This document shows, one piece after another, positions 62,598-64,000 of a stretch of DNA of 64,000 nt. The DNA is from Octopus sinensis (Eukaryota). The stretch spans positions 4,402,001-4,466,000 of the forward strand of contig NC_043025.1 of NCBI RefSeq assembly GCF_006345805.1, given 5' to 3'. Numbering within the stretch: position 1 is the stretch's first letter; each line of letters begins with the position of its first letter. A program made the position numbers and the translations under genes. The notes beneath the pieces were generated by a model, which worked only from the letters and a program-made list of their open reading frames with translations, was not told the origin of the DNA and made no database searches.

Positions 62598-62659
62598 GCA
62601 TCTTAGAGGCATCAGATGAACCAAACTTGGACATGAGTGGGTGCTACCACCACAAATAT

Positions 62660-63240
62660 ATTTATAAATATATGCTTTGCTCCCTATGGAGCATAGACCA
62701 TTGATGAGTTTTCTTCACTGTTTTTGACTCTGGGTTGTCTTCAAGGCCTTCTTCTCCCAGGGATTGTTGTTTTCGAATTATTTTTAATGCTTCTGTAGCA
62801 TTGCTTTCCTCTAGGTAGGGGTTCTCACTTAACACATATCTATTTTTACCTCTAGGATAGGGTAGGTAATAGTCTGACCTCTACCATTTGATCTATCAAG
62901 TATGAAACGCCCTACCACACAGCTTGTGCTCTGCTGGTAGAGCTCTTGGGGTCACTGAGGAACACTCTGGGCTATTTTTAAGGCCTTCTTCTCCCAACTC
63001 CTGTTGGTTTTGCATTGTCATCAAAGCATACATAACTTTTTTTCTCAGAAGGTGTGGTGGCCCCATGTAAACCCCTTTTTTCTACTTCTGGCAACAGGTG
63101 CTCTATATTAGTCTGGTCTGTATCCTTTGACCAGTCCAACATGGGAGGCCCTACCACAGGAGATTGTGCTCTGCTAGCTCAGCTCTTAGAGTCACTGAGG
63201 CCCACAAGCCACCAACTTCAACAAGGACGGGACCTTGCAG
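62660..63240 (-). mobile_element. Degenerate RTE-derived non-autonomous element (RTE-type 5' leader and 3' end)
   Basis: CCTTGTTG...GGCTTG...GAGCT...GTAGGGCCTCCCATG leader and CTATGCTCCATAGGGAG 3' end; assigned from recollection of RTE termini. Confidence 0.5.
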
Positions 63241-63332
63241 TGTGGCATGGTACTGTACAGAGGCACCAAAAGATCAGAATAGCAGTCGATTTGAAGATAA
63301 GGGGATGAAAAGAAAAACAATTAAAATAAATC

Positions 63333-63742
63333 TGAGTGGCTGTGTGGTAAGTAGCTTGCTAACCAACCACATGGTTCCGGGTTCAGTCCCACTGCGTGGC
63401 ATCTTGGGCAAGTGTCTTCTGCTATAGCCCCGGACCGACCAATGCCTTGTGAGTGGATTTGGTAGACGGAAACTGAAAGAAGCCCGTCGTATATATGTAT
63501 ATATATGTGTGTGTGTGTGTGTGTTTGTGTGTCTATGTCTGTGTCTGTCCCCCTAGCATTGCTTGACAACCGATGCTGGTGTGTTTAGATCCCCGTAACT
63601 TAGCGGTTTGGCAAAAGAGACCGATAGAATAAGTACTGGGCTTACAAAGAATAAGTACCGGGGTCGATTTGCTCAACTAAAGGCGGTGCTCCAGCATGGC
63701 CGCAGTCAAATGACTGAAACAAGTAAAAGAGTAAAAGAGTAA
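63333..63742 (+). mobile_element. SINE family A
   Basis: Full copy with (GAGTAAAA)3 tail, ending about 37 bp from the MTO1 donor at 63778. Confidence 0.87.
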
Positions 63743-63778
63743 AGAAATATTTTGAAAAACGGAAGCAATTCTACTAAC

Positions 63779-63874
63779 CACAAGCACGGCCACAGAGACC
63801 ATCAAGAGCGTCAACCTCTTTCATCAAGTGTCCTTTACCAATTCCACCAAATGAAGGATTACAAGACATGGCCC
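63779..63874 (-). CDS. MTO1: MTO1 (mitochondrial tRNA modification, GidA/MnmG family) exon: (G)[31 protein letters not shown]
   Basis: Hallmark GidA/MTO1 motif [15 protein letters not shown]; AG acceptor 63875-63876, donor GTTAGT at 63778; 96 nt, phase 1-1. Confidence 0.95.
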
Positions 63875-63990
63875 CTATAAAATAAAATAAAAAAACAAAA
63901 AAAAAAAACAAAACAAACAGGAATAAATAAAACTCAAAAAAATATAAAAAGGTCTCTGTCTCTCTCACTTTTCTCTCGTTATATATTTAC

Positions 63991-64000
63991 CTGTCGTGGA
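63991..64000 (-). CDS. MTO1: MTO1, 3' end of an upstream exon truncated by the window edge (...STT-G)
   Basis: TCC ACG ACA G|GTAAAT; phase 1 fits the next exon (G|GG GCC ATG); 116-nt intron. Only 10 nt are visible. Confidence 0.55.

Overview
AT-rich eukaryotic genomic DNA, very likely from an octopod cephalopod (inferred from the SINE/LINE repertoire and dense (TA)n/(AAT)n/(GAT)n microsatellites). Two intron-rich minus-strand genes can be assembled by eye from GT-AG-bounded, phase-compatible exons. The first is a complete 4-exon, 181-aa MARVEL-domain (CMTM/plasmolipin-like) gene: 29943-29824, 27295-27125, 6563-6468, 1679-1521. The second is the 5' half of MTO1 (GidA/MnmG family), seen as 7 exon segments from 64000 down to 43395; I could not find its remaining exons, and a 100-N gap lies at 33285-33384. 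Almost everything else is transposon-derived: three tRNA-headed SINE families (my working labels A, B, C), RTE LINE 3' ends (D), CR1, (TAA)n-associated Dong/R4-like RLE remnants plus a non-coding element E, Helitron-type, mariner, hAT and other MITEs. The most notable non-routine items are: a near-canonical type I minimal hammerhead ribozyme motif in the sense strand of a MARVEL intron; a 5.3-kb satellite built from a piggyBac-like MITE with a 4-mer higher-order repeat inside an MTO1 intron; recurrent SINE multimers with fixed junctions; several long near-perfect hairpins; and inverted SINEs tightly flanking two MTO1 exons (back-splicing signature). No prokaryotic system or CRISPR array is supported. 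Exon coordinates were counted exactly; repeat coordinates are approximate. No database searches were run.
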